A stretch of DNA of 64,000 nt. It comes from the human T2T-CHM13v2.0 reference genome, Homo sapiens. The notes under the pieces are model-generated. The model did no database searches. It saw only the letters and a list, made by a program, of their open reading frames with translations, and had not been told where the DNA came from. Shown in pieces: positions 11,305 to 24,999 of this stretch (positions within the stretch are counted from its first letter, which is position 1; each line of letters opens with the position of its first letter). The stretch is taken from the NCBI RefSeq assembly GCF_009914755.1, contig NC_060928.1; one strand, 5' to 3'. Made by a program: the position numbers and the translations under genes.

Positions 11305-12524
11305 AATGTTGTAATTAACTAGAAAGCCAGTGGAACCAGGCGATTATGATAGCATGCTTTATTTATGAGAAAATAACCAGTTTTAAAAATAACTGGTTTT
11401 ATGAGAAAATAACCAGTTTTAAAACTTTAAAAAGTTTTAAAATAAAATTGTGGCATAATACAAACCAAAAAGTATTTTTAAGTCTTTAATAATAATCTTG
11501 GTCTTCTCTTGAGATAGGCTTTTTCCCCTATCCTGGCTGGAGTTGATTATGTAGACACATTCTTATTGTCACAATTAAAGTTGAGTAATGATTCAAATAA
11601 GGGTGAGATAAGTCTTAGCTGAAATAAGGCTCCCTTATAGTAAAACAATTTGATGTTTACAAATAAACACAAACCCACAACAATGGCAGCTAGAGAAATT
11701 AAACAAAGAGCATTGAAGAAATTTCTCCAAAACACAAATTTATATCTACAAATAATATTGAATGTATGTAACAAAAGCCAAAGTAGCTTTTAATAAGCTC
11801 TTCATAAACAGGATCGTGCTGCAGGCTATGCTTATAAAACACACAGCACTCCTACTGCACTTATTTTCAAAATCAGCATATTTTCAGCACACTTCTGGAA
11901 TATTCCGAGTGTTATGCCATACCAGTCAGCCCCTTATTATATGTAGTTTTGTTATGGATTACCTCAAGCATATATTTCCCCTGCTTCTTTTTACTGCTTT
12001 CATTATACTTCATTTCTCCTGTCTTCCACAATGTCTACTGCTGAGTAGTAGCACAGAGTAAGTATTCGAGTTAACAAAACAGTATTGAGTATCTTATGTG
12101 TACTCTTCTAGATAGGTTCTGTGAGGAAAAGCAAGTTCCTTCCTGCTTTCCAACTAGTGAAACTGTTAAGCTATTTTTGGCCAAAGGAAATCACTTTGTT
12201 GCAGTTGTCTTTCTTCTCCTTTTGTTCATCAGCAGCTTCTCTCTAATTCCTATCCTCTGTGTTGGAATGGTCCTGCCCTCTAGTTTATCAATGTTGAATG
12301 CAAATATAATTAGTGTTCAACTACTCAAAGTTCAAAATCTATCAAAGTCTTTATCAGCTGTATTTCTAGGGATCCATAGACTATTGCTTCTGATTTTATA
12401 TGGCACAAATTCATTAAGAGAAGTCTTCAGTGCTTCCTTTGTAAAAGTTCCCATGACATCTGCTTGTTTCATGGGAATGGTTCCTTGCTATCCAGTGTGA
12501 TGGTGGGAGAGAACCGTGCACTGT

Positions 12525-12724
12525 CTATGGTGTCCTGGAGCTGGCTTTTAGTGGCTTCTTAGAACGAATTATTAGCATCTCTTTCCAACTCTGCATCCAT
12601 TGATGTTACATTGTTGCTTAAAATTGGTCACAGTGAGAATATTTATACCACAGGAATTGTTAAGTGCTACTAGTCAATTCTTTTTTTAAATATAGTTGTT
12701 AAATGTTAACCAGTCCACCACTAT
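12525..12724. mobile_element. Non-autonomous hAT DNA transposon relic (MER63-like)
   Basis: Reverse-complement similarity to 14306-14508 (e.g. CATCTCTTTCCAACT vs AGTTGGGAAGAGAGG). Family name is from memory. Confidence 0.5.
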
Positions 12725-14305
12725 TAGATGAAAACTATTTGCTTCTGTATGACTCCCTCTATTGCGCTATAATAAATGCCTCCTTGCCTGCAGCCACTTC
12801 TGCTGGATGATCCATTCAAGTCTATTTTCATGTAGGCAATAAACAGGAGTTCTAAACCATAAACCCAAACACAAACGTAAGGGACAAGACATGGGCCTTG
12901 GCTTTAAGTTGTTAAATTACTGCCAAGCAGTTTGCGAAAATCTCTTAAACAGAATTGAACTGAATTGAATATGATCATTGTGTTCAGTTGTCCAGTCAAT
13001 GTGAGAAATATCTCTTCTTTCTATATTATTTAAGAGAAAACAGTAGAGATACACATTTTCAAAAATGTTTTGCCATCAATAAAGCATTACAAATTTTTGT
13101 CTATAAAAATGGCATTAAAAGGAACTGAAAATGTCAATAGGGTTGCAAATGAGGAATATTAGCTACCTTCAACTTTACCTAAAAAATCAGATTTCATAGA
13201 AAGAAGTAACATATGCTAAAGAAAATTTCTCAGCTACAAGTTATTCAACCAAAAAACATTGTTATGGGGGAAAATGTTGTTCTGCTTTTTTTAAAGGCAA
13301 TGATTTTCCTGATAACCCCCAATCCCAACAACAACAAAAAAATATGGTAGACACAGAATTAGAAAAAGCACAAGAATGAAAAAATAGTGTCTTTTTTATC
13401 TACATGATCTTGAGCCACAATTTGTCTGGGCCTGAGATTTTTTAATAAAAAGTAAATAAAATTAATGGACTATATTAGTGACCCTAAGACATATTCCCAT
13501 GGTGGGGAATGTGGTCCTCACTGGGGAGAGAATGGTTGCATATTAAAATCACCCAGAAGCTTTATCTTTGATTTAGAGATTTTGAAAAATCTCTGCCCAT
13601 CCTGTTGTTCAGCATCCTTATCTTAGTGAGTCACTGTTAGTTTTGGGAGCTTTACTTCTCAGGTGGAAGAGGGCTGGTGAACAAACTCAGAATTGGTGAA
13701 TCAGATGCTCTCCTGTATTTTTTCTAGTTCTAACGTACTATAACAAATGCTTTTAGAAGAAAATTAATTTCAATTCATGGACTGCTAGTCCCTCAGCAAT
13801 TGTTACAGATCAATTCAGGAAGCAAGCAGCTATGCCATCCTTGAAAATAAATTACTATGCAAGTGAAATCAGATAGCAGAAGGGAATACAATTATTTATT
13901 TGGAAATGTATCTGAAGTTTAGATTTATCTCTTATTGACATACAACAATTTCATCAATAAATTTCAAACCTATAAATTATTCTGCAAATGCACATTTAAC
14001 TTCCTATTTACATTTTAAAAGCATCGCATAACATGGGTTTCGTATTAGAAGTACTTGGCCCCTGAGATACTGCATTAACTTACTCCCTTGCTGCAGAATT
14101 CCCAGTATTGCCATAACTGAATACTAACAGAGTGTGTGTTATAAAAATACCACAGCTATTTTCAAAATAAAATATGCTACGTGAACATTAATGAAAAAAA
14201 GCTGAATATAATGAACAATGCAAAAAAGCTGACTTTTCAAACTTTTTTTTAGAATTGCTTTTTCTTTCCAGCATAGTTTATTATACACACAAAAACGCAT
14301 ACACA

Positions 14306-14508
14306 CAGTGGTGCGCCAATAAAAATTTAACAATTGGCTCTGCAGGGGGCAACAAAAACGCCCTGATTTGTAGGGTCTGCCAATTTCCATGTTGTAAATC
14401 CTTCGTGCCTGATTTCACGTTGCCAACACACCAACAATAAATGCATAGTTGGGAAGAGAGGTACAGAGTTGGCCGTCATGAGCTGGTAGAGTCAGCGCCA
14501 GCACATGG
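14306..14508. mobile_element. Non-autonomous hAT DNA transposon relic (MER63-like), inverted relative to the 12.5 kb copy
   Basis: CAGTGGTG...CCAGCAC termini and internal GCCCTGATTTGTAG...GCCAATTTCC motifs. Confidence 0.5.
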
Positions 14509-16644
14509 CTGCCCTAGAGCCTCTCCATCATGCACATAAATATGTCATACAGAAATGCATCCCATAATGTGTAGCATACATATGATTTCTCACGAAAGAG
14601 AAAGTCATACTACATGACTTATAACTAAGTCATGAATATTTTTCCTAGATTTAATCCACAATCATTTTAACTATAAATTGGTTAAGCCAGTCAACTATAG
14701 TTTAGGGCATATGTATTACATAGATAATTTTTAATTGTTAAGGTAGTTGGAATGGTTAAAAAGTGGCTTAGCCTTCTCACTCAGGTAGAGCCTAAGTTGC
14801 ATATTTTAGAATTAATCATTAACACACTAAGCAGGCCTGCAAAACATCCATGAATATATATTTCCCAAAATGAATAAATCAAACACCTGAAAGCTGCAAA
14901 CCTTTATGTGAAGCATGAAAAAATGCCAATAGCAAGAATTTATATACTTTATGCTTGGCCTGTTTATCTTCATGGAGATTAATAGAGTGAATAAATATTT
15001 ATAATAATGGTGTAAGAACATGCTGAATAGTATACTGTATTAAAGTTACATGATCTTGTCTTGAATTTTGTGTTTGGAATAGTACTAAGAAATATGCTGA
15101 GGGAGAAATTGAGTGGCAATTTTCAAATTAATATATATTTACTGAGCTACTACTATGTGCAAGGCACAGCACCCAGGCACTACATGGGACACAAAGATAA
15201 ATGCATACAGTCTTCTCAATGAAATTACAATCAATACGGGATAATAAGACAAGAGGTCAAATATTTAACATACAGGGACTAGTAGGACCTATAGAAAGGA
15301 AAGATCCTATTATTTGGGAAGATATAAAAAGTCTTTTGGGATAAGGTGGTATGAAAAGGAAATGAAGTAATGATAACTTGAACTGAAGATGAATAGAATA
15401 GGTTCTACTAAAATTTGTCCAGGCCCAGCCTAACATGCTAGGTTACCCGTGGCTACATTCTGTTATTTCTGCTGCTTAATGAGTACATGACAATATGTTC
15501 TGGTCATTATAGGAATTCTTAAAACAAGGAGTCATTCTGCCTTAGCAGGTGGCATCTTGAGGCTTTTGGATTCTGTCTTCAAGTTTTTTAATGAGCAACA
15601 GGCCAAACGTGGATTAGTTTGAAGCAGCTTCTGTGGACTGTGTCAATCTGTATGCGAGGGTGAATGAGTAGAGAGGGTGGTATGGAAAACAACTCCTGTG
15701 ATTCCCTTAACCTTCTTTGAGGAAGGGAAAAACTTGGGATAAAACTGAGTATTTTTTCAAGTCTACTGGTGAGAAAAGCATGTCATAACCGAATTGCATC
15801 TGTTTGGGTATCATAGTGGTTTGGGGTGTAAATTAGTTATTCGAAGAGTAGTATCGATATGAATAATTGATTAATTATTTCATTCTACATCTTTTTTCCT
15901 AAAATAATTTAGGAAAACAACACCCTAATCAGTTTTTCTCAAAACTAGGCATTTGTAGCCCCCATTTTTGCTAGCAGGAGTTGAATGTAGTTTTTAAAGC
16001 TGAAAATAAACCATCACATTTTCTAAAACTCTTTATAGTGAGAGCATAGGTCTTAGGAAAAAATATATTAGCATTAATAAGTAAATTGTCTCAAGTCATA
16101 CTAAAGCACATTACTAGGATCAGTAAAAAATATATATGCACAATTGTGTATTAGATTCTGTGGCTAGCAAACGAAAAATTTTCCAAGCTGACCTTAACCG
16201 GAGCCCATCTTGGTAGATGTTTCAACTATTGTCACATCAACCTTGAGAAGAGTTCAAACACTAAGAATGAATGAGGGAAGAGGTAGCGGCTGAAAGGATT
16301 ACTGAGCTCCACATTGACTTGATGGTCAAAAGGGCATTATGGCTCTGAATTTTGATGAGGCACATTTACCCTTTAGCCCATGTTAACATTTTCTTCAGGA
16401 TTCATTACTATTAAAATTATTTATGAAAAAGTTTTTGTACTGGATCATTACCATCAGAATAATCAGAATGAATGCCACACTGAATATCAAAAGAAATAAA
16501 ACTAAAATCATTATAAGGACACAACCATGTGATATTTGTCCATCTGCTCTTTAAGCAATGTTATGTTATTTCTTGCAACCCCTACACAAAGGCCAAGAAA
16601 TTACACAAGTACTAGTTTATTGGTTATTCACGGAGAGTGAGTAC

Positions 16645-16722
16645 CTGAAGGAGAAGGCTGTCCTTTTACTACACCATTTTTAGTCTTTTCTTCTGAATTC
16701 ATTACTTCCTTGTAGATAAGTT
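16645..16722 (-). CDS. MAPK10: MAPK10 penultimate coding exon (78 nt): (E)LIYKEVMNSEEKTKNGVVKGQPSPS
   Basis: Acceptor TTTCTTACAG| and donor |GTACTC. Translation matches JNK3 and phases fit the flanking exons. Confidence 0.97.
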
Positions 16723-17754
16723 CTGTAAGAAACAGCTGTGTTATTATAGAAAACAAATTTATCCTTCATCCACAGGGAAATTCATTACTTAATGCCAAAT
16801 AATTACGTTTTGATGGGGTTGAGTAAATTAAAAATCAATTGAGATTCCTTTACTGCTCTATTTCTATTTCTATATTGCCTTGTAATTAGCAGAGAGCCTG
16901 GCACAAATAGGTATCTAGTAAAGCAGTTGAAGAAATCAATGCATGAAAATTTATTTCTACGTACATGAAACATACTATTTATTTCCATATACATAGTATT
17001 TATTTCTACATACATTTCTACATAAATAACATTTATTTCTACATGCATGAAATATTTCTACATAAATGAAACAAGTAATACATGTTTTACTTGTTTTCTG
17101 AATTCTTTGGGGGAAGTACTAATACATTCTAGCTCAATCTAGCAACAATTTTTATGGCTTTGAACATCCATTTTTCTTTATACTTATTTCCTATGAAATG
17201 CACACATTCTCATGACTTTAAATTATTACCAATCCTTACAACTTCCATCTCTTACTGCATCTTTTTTTTTTTCCAGACTCATATCTTGGACTTGTAAATC
17301 TAAACTTGCCAAAAACCAAACACATTAAAAAATTTAGTTCATTTACTCTCAGACTGGCATCCATTTTTGGCTTTCTGAATGCTAGAGTTAAATTGGATAG
17401 TTTCAGTTCTGTTTACTCTGTCCCTTTAGCTAAAAATCATTCCGCCCTACTCATTCTTGCTTTGCAATGGCTTATAATCTGTATAATCATCATCCTTTAC
17501 ATGTACTTCTTTCTCCAATTTCTCACAATTTAGTCCATGTCCTCCTCAAATGATGGTTATATCCTATCACCCACCTATTCATGAGCCCCTAAGGAGTGCC
17601 TTCCTGTCCTTACTTGGATCAAAGCAACTCTTTTTCATCTATATCAAGCATCTTTTTTCACTTGATCCACTTTTTGTATATGTTCATTTTTCCATATTCA
17701 CCAACATGACCCTGGAATCTCTGGACCAGTGGAATCTCTTTAGTATCTTTTAAA

Positions 17755-18080
17755 ATTTTTTTATTTTATTTTTTATTTTACATATATATATAGAGAGAGG
17801 CAGAGACTTTCTCTGTCACCCAGGCTTGAGTACAATGGCACAATCATGGCTCACCGCAGCCTCAACTTCCTGGACTCAAGTGATCCTCCCACCTCAGCCT
17901 CCCAAGTAGCTGGGACTACAGGTGTGTACCACTATGCCCGGCTAATTTTTGTATGTTTCTAGCAGAGACAGGGTCTCCCTATGTTGCCCAGGTTGGTTCT
18001 GAACTCCCGGGCTCAAGTGATCCCCCAGCCTCAGCCTCCCAAACTGCTGGGATTACAGGTGTGAGTCATCGCTCCTGGCC
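17755..18080 (-). mobile_element. Alu (AluJ-like)
   Basis: Dimeric Alu. TTTAGTATCTTT is repeated on both sides. Confidence 0.92.
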
Positions 18081-18532
18081 CTGTTTAGTATCTTTATAAC
18101 ATTTTCTGCTTATTCCTGTCCTTTGTTTTCCTCTTAGTCCTTTATCTGATATTTTCTTAATATTTTTTCTTTTCCTAATTTACACTTATTAATTCCTGCA
18201 AGGTAGCTCAAATGTTCCTTCCCTTCAGCTCTTCCCATTTTGATCTGATCATTTGCTACAATCTGCATTTGACTTTCTCATATTTATTCTATTCTGTAGT
18301 GATTTAGATTAGTAGATTAGATTAATAGGCTACTCAGATACACATATTTTCTATGTAAATTCTCAAGTCTTATCAATCCAATGAGTAAACTCATATATTG
18401 ACTATCTTTTATTTTCTAAAGTCTAAAACCATCTCAGAATTAATTTTAATTTCATGCTTCATATGATGATTTTATGTACAAACATAGAAAGTTGTATTCT
18501 GGAATTCTGAACTAAAGCTTGCCCCCCACCAT

Positions 18533-18608
18533 GACAAACACTGACAATCAGTACCATTTTAAAAGGTATCGACAAACACTGACAATCAGTACCATTTTAA
18601 AAGGTATC
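18533..18608. repeat. Perfect 2 x 38 bp tandem duplication
   Basis: GACAAACACTGACAATCAGTACCATTTTAAAAGGTATC at 18533-18570 and 18571-18608. Confidence 0.97.
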
Positions 18609-18801
18609 AATGGTAAATGCCTTTCATTCTTGAGCAAATGTGACATTGCTTTCGGCATGAAAAGACAGATGAAGTTTTAGGAGCTTTAAAAATGGTCTAA
18701 GAGAATAGCAGTCAGCAAATCATTTTTTAGTAAATTGTTTTACAAGGAAAAGCCTTGTTGATACTTTCTGAGTTCAATAAAATAAAAAGTATACTTTTTT
18801 A

Positions 18802-18936
<135 letters not shown>

Positions 18937-21900
18937 TTACAATGCACGAGAATACCTTGCCCTCATTTATTTCGGTGATTTCAACCGTATATAAGTTATG
19001 AGGAAATTACAGTAGTTCAGAAGTTAAAATTTTCCTGTAAACTTATGGAGGATTCATTCATATTGCAATATTTGCTGCTGACCCAATATTGCTGCAATAT
19101 TTGCAGCAGAACGCAAATCCCGAGAGCTCACTTTCCGACATCTTCTGATTTAGAACCCACGCCTAAGCAATTAATGACTGGTCTTTTAAAAAACAGACAA
19201 AACACTTGATTACAATGGCCCAGAAGCTACTTTTCCTTCATTCACTTGCCTTATAACAGAACCATGCTAAAATTCTTCTAGGCTAATAAGATTTTGTTCT
19301 ATTTTTAGACCTTCCCTAAAGAAAAGTTTATATTTCTCAACAGACCATAGTACTAGTCCTCAATATAAAAAAAATTGAGATCAAATCAACCTTTTTATTT
19401 TTCATGAAATACCATAGAATGTCTTTATATATTGCTGTGTGCCCTATACTTAAACGATTTTAAGCTTTTTGGTTTGTTTGTTTATTTGTTTTAACCTGCA
19501 GAAGCTGCCATGACTGTAGAGGTAGGTCACCTTGAATCCCTGAATGGCCCTTGGTTAGTCCTCTCTAGCAGAAATGATGCAATAGGGCCTTCAGTCTGAC
19601 TTATAGAGCCAGCATTTCTCTTCCCATGTGGAGTTCAAATGTGGAAAAGGAGGGATTTTCACAAACCTGCGTGCCTACTGGAAAGTGGAATCTCAAATAA
19701 ATTCTCTGACCTCTTCTTCCTGATATTTAGGCTTTGGGAGATCTACCATGGCGGCTAGGGTAGCTCCAATTCAGGCCAAGTGATATGGAAAGAAAAAAAA
19801 AAGGCTCTTGGAAAAATAAATCACCATGAGGTAGAGAAAGAGGAGGCTGAGGGGCTACACTGGCTGGCACCGGTTTAAGCGCAAAGAAGAGCTATCAAGT
19901 TTTTGCTACCCCGTCCAATACTCCAAAAGCAATAGTTTTTGTGAAAAACTAAAAGAGTCACTCAATAAGAGTGATGCAACCCCTTTAGGACACAGACCTT
20001 TCAAAAATGGCTATTATAGTAAGGAAAGCTCTGGACAAGATTTTCAGAGACAGCTTCTGGCTTCTGTGAGAGCTTTTTGGCTCATGAACAGCACCCTCGG
20101 GCTAAAGTGACCCTTCTCTAATTCATGCAGAATCTGTGGTAGCTTGAATCATGACAGACACAAATATTCATCCTAGCCCTGGCATGCTGGGGCCTCACAT
20201 CCTGCAAAGTATCTGGCTATGAAAATAGAAGACTTTGCCTGGCTGTGGTGAAGTAACTTAGCATAATACTGAAGTATTGAGAAATAACTACTCACGGAGC
20301 CAGACATTCTTTTAGCACGTTTGACTGATACTGGGGCAGAAGGCTGTAAACCTCACCTACTGCAATTCAGATGTGGCTGGCTGAGCAGCTCTCAGCAGCC
20401 GTCAGCACTGACAACTAAGCAAAATGAGACTCTCACACCACCCCAGACAATAGTAAGAACACAACACATTGAACGTATATAAGGTGACAGGACTGGGATA
20501 GTCAGGCACTGCTCTCAGGACCTGACTGAGGTAGAACCTTCCACCTCTATAAAGGACTCTCAAATAATAGAAACATTCTGACTTAGTGAGTGAATGAGTA
20601 AAATGAAGTTATTTTTGAAAAATTGTGAAACCATTACCTAAGGAAGCTACCACAAAGCCAAACTCTGGTTTTGTAAAGACGCTTTGCCAAGTGGTAAATT
20701 TCCGGCTTTGCCTCTTCCTGAGCATGTATAATGCTGTGGTTAGGCCGCTATCCAAGCGACCTTGTCCAGGACCCCTGCAGGACACAGTGTACATAAGCTC
20801 TCAGAGCCCCCAGAGCCCTCTGAGCTGTTGGCACCTCCTTCTTCTTCTAACAATAGATCCAGCTCATGATCCTGCCTGGCTGGCTTCTCCATGCAGTGGA
20901 TTTTTCCATTCAAGTTTTAAAATTGAACATGGCTCAAGAGTACAGTTCCTGCCAAAGTTCATAAATGCCATTTTCTTTTTGCAACAAAGCTATTTTCAGG
21001 AGGTTTCCCTAGGAGCCTCAGTGTACAGCTGTTGCTGATATATAAAGCACAAAGTACATAGACACTAATCACAAACAAACTACAAGAGAGAATGCAAAGT
21101 GCTGAGTTCAAGATTTTTCCTTTCAACAAACCAAGAGGGCTGCTTTAAACCACTTGATTTATAGTATTTGTTCGACGGCCTCTGCAAATTTACTACATAT
21201 TCAGATTTTTGATTGTTTGTTTTTTGAAGAGGAAATGCGAATGTCACCTCCAGTGAAAGGGCACATTCACATACAGATGTCTTCTATGTGACAATATAAA
21301 AGAATAATTGACCAATAATCCAGAGAGAGCAATGTTACAACACACACGTATAAGTGCTGGGCAGCAATCATCAGGATGAGATAGTTCAAAACATTCCCTG
21401 CCTCCTTCCGCTAAGGAGAAGTTGGTATTTGAGCACTCGCTTGTGCTCTTTCCCTATCTTATTTAATAGGAATTATTCTTTTGCTAAGTGACAATCTAAA
21501 TAAAAAATAAATGAGGAGTGGGGATAAAGAAAAATGCCCCAGAGGTGTCTGTTGAGAGAGTATTTTAGGAGAGTTTAGCAGATAAGAGTAATTGAGATGT
21601 GAGAAATGAAGGATAAGAGGACATTAAAGATAGTATATGAACAGTTATCAGGGCCTGTGACTTTCACCCTTTGAATATTTTTTCAAAAGACTGTAAACTT
21701 CTTTCATATTATTTTGGAAGATTTGAACTTCCTTGGTTGAAATTATTGCAGAAATTCAAACACAAATTTATATGGATTGCATAAACAATAACTTAAAATG
21801 GATTAGACACATTTTTATTGATGGTTAATTTCATATGAATTTATATTGGTGGTCAATTATATGAATTTTATACTGATGAAACATGTCCAAATTGTTTCAA

Positions 21901-22344
21901 TTAAATGAGGAAAAAAACACAAACAAGTACATGGTCACTGTGAATTAATAAATACTAGAATTTATTTATTTCTTTATTAAATGTATTCATTCAGTAAAGG
22001 TCTTGGGCACCTAACACATGGCAGACTATATAAAAAACTGAGATTTCAAAATTGAATAAGGTGACTGCTGACCACAAGGAGTTCACAATTTACTGGGGTA
22101 AGACTGATGCAAAACAGATCATTAGTATACAACATGATAAATGATAGAAACCTGTATATGGTCTAAGGGAACAGGGTGGAGAAGTCCTAACAAAGCCTAG
22201 ATTTGATTTCCTGGAGTAAAGTGATGCTTATTCAGTGAGCGAAAGATGTGTGGGAGGTTGTCAAGATAAAAGAAGGAGGAAAAAAGTGACTCCATGCCAA
22301 GAGCACATTATAAGCCAAGTTACAGTATGTAGAAAACAGAATAG

Positions 22345-22381
22345 GGGTGGTGGTGGTGGTGGTGGTAGTGGTAGTGGTGGT
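22345..22381. repeat. (GGT)n trinucleotide repeat
   Basis: Seen directly. Confidence 0.9.
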
Positions 22382-22460
22382 GCATGTGTTTCTCTGTGTG
22401 TACATGCATGCCAAGAAAACAAGAAGGAATTTTGTCACAGTAAAATAAAACATGTCGTCA

Positions 22461-23058
<598 letters not shown>

Positions 23059-24184
23059 TCAGGAATAATTAATAAATGTTAATAAATAAACTTGGTAGAA
23101 GTTGGTTTTTGATTGAACATATGTGATGGGAGAGAAGAATATGAGTCCCCAATTTCTAAGCTGAGTACCTGGGAAGATGATCGTGTTGGTGAAGCCATCT
23201 AAAGAAATAGAGAATGGAAAAGGGGAAATGAGATTGGTAGAGGTGAGCCTAAGTGTTATGTGAGAAGAGATGATGATTTGAAAGTTAAGTATATAATCTG
23301 AAGTTCAGAGGAATGCTGTTGGCTAGAGATGTGTATAGATTTGAGACTAACAGCAAGTGATGTTTGTTGAAACTATGACAGTGGATGAGGTCACCCAGGG
23401 AAGATATGTGGGTATAGAGAGTAAATGGCCAAATTAAAATTTAAAGATTGGACAGAGGAAGGTAAGTTCACTAAGGCAAAAGAGAATAGCTAAAGAAATA
23501 CATGAAAAATGAGAATATTGCAATGTTATAGAAGTCAAGCAAGTAGAATTTCACAAAAAGCTAGTAATTGGCCATTTCTTGCAAATGAAGCACATGAGGA
23601 TTTTGACTCGCAGGGCACCAGAAAGGCATGATAGAAAGCATGCCTCTGAACCCTTTGAAAGCTTTCCAAACTTTAAATTGCTATCACCCCCAGAAAGATC
23701 CAGATAGATCTTCGGTGGAGGACGTTAATATGAGACATCACCTAAACAATTGAATAAAATGTAGAAAAAGATCCTCAACACCAATATAATTAAAAGGAAA
23801 GAAACCATAGAACAATTGTGACACTAGAAAAACTATAATGATCTCAGATCTACTCTCTCAAGTCTCTGAGAACTTGATAAAAAAAAAAACACTGTTCTCT
23901 ATCTAGTTAAAGGAAGTCACTTTTTTTCTGAGAAACCACCATATGTTAAGCTGTCTTTATATAGACCTTAATAATCCTCACAGTCAGGAAACTAAGATTC
24001 AAGGAAATTTTAAAAAATATATCATGAAGTCATATAGCTAATTAATGATGAAACTTTTATTAAAACCCAATTTAAAGAGTAATCCAGAGCAAGTGTCAAT
24101 ACTGTTGAATCTAAAATAAAGACTAATAAAACAATATTTAAAGTGAACATCTTTGTAAAACAAGAAATAGAAACATAAGCCAAT

Positions 24185-24317
24185 AGGGTGACCATATTTC
24201 CCAGTTTGTACAAAATAGTTCCATTTTATGCTTATTGTCCTTGTAATTATTAGTAGCACTTACGCCCTTCGCTCCTTTAAGTGTTGTGGTTTGGAGAATA
24301 AATATGTGGACACTCTA
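24185..24317. mobile_element. MER94-like short hAT element
   Basis: About 133 bp with imperfect terminal inverted repeats TAGGGTGACCATAT ... GTGGACACTCTA. Confidence 0.55.
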
Positions 24318-24706
24318 CATAGCAATGTTGTGACATGGCATGTTAGAGATCTAAGGTATACAGTAATTTGAGGACAAAGAAAACAACTGAATTGCAATGT
24401 TTTTCTACCACTGAGGTTTCAACAATTGCAGCTGTACCTTTTCCTTCTCTGAGACAGCACGTCAGCATTTCCTTCCATTTTCTCTATTTTTAGAAACGTA
24501 AAATTCAGCTATAAAATATGGCTGTTGGCAGACAGTACAGACAAGAGTAGAATTCTGCATAATAAATCTATAGTTGAAAAATATGGATTCTGTGGGCATT
24601 CTATGGAGTTCTTGCTGTTGGCCATGACTTTCTACTAAAGCGATCTCTTTAACAAGTACCTGTTCAATTCCTAATTGAGCTTTCGAAGGTAAAAGTTGCT
24701 CTTTCT

Positions 24707-24999
<293 letters not shown>

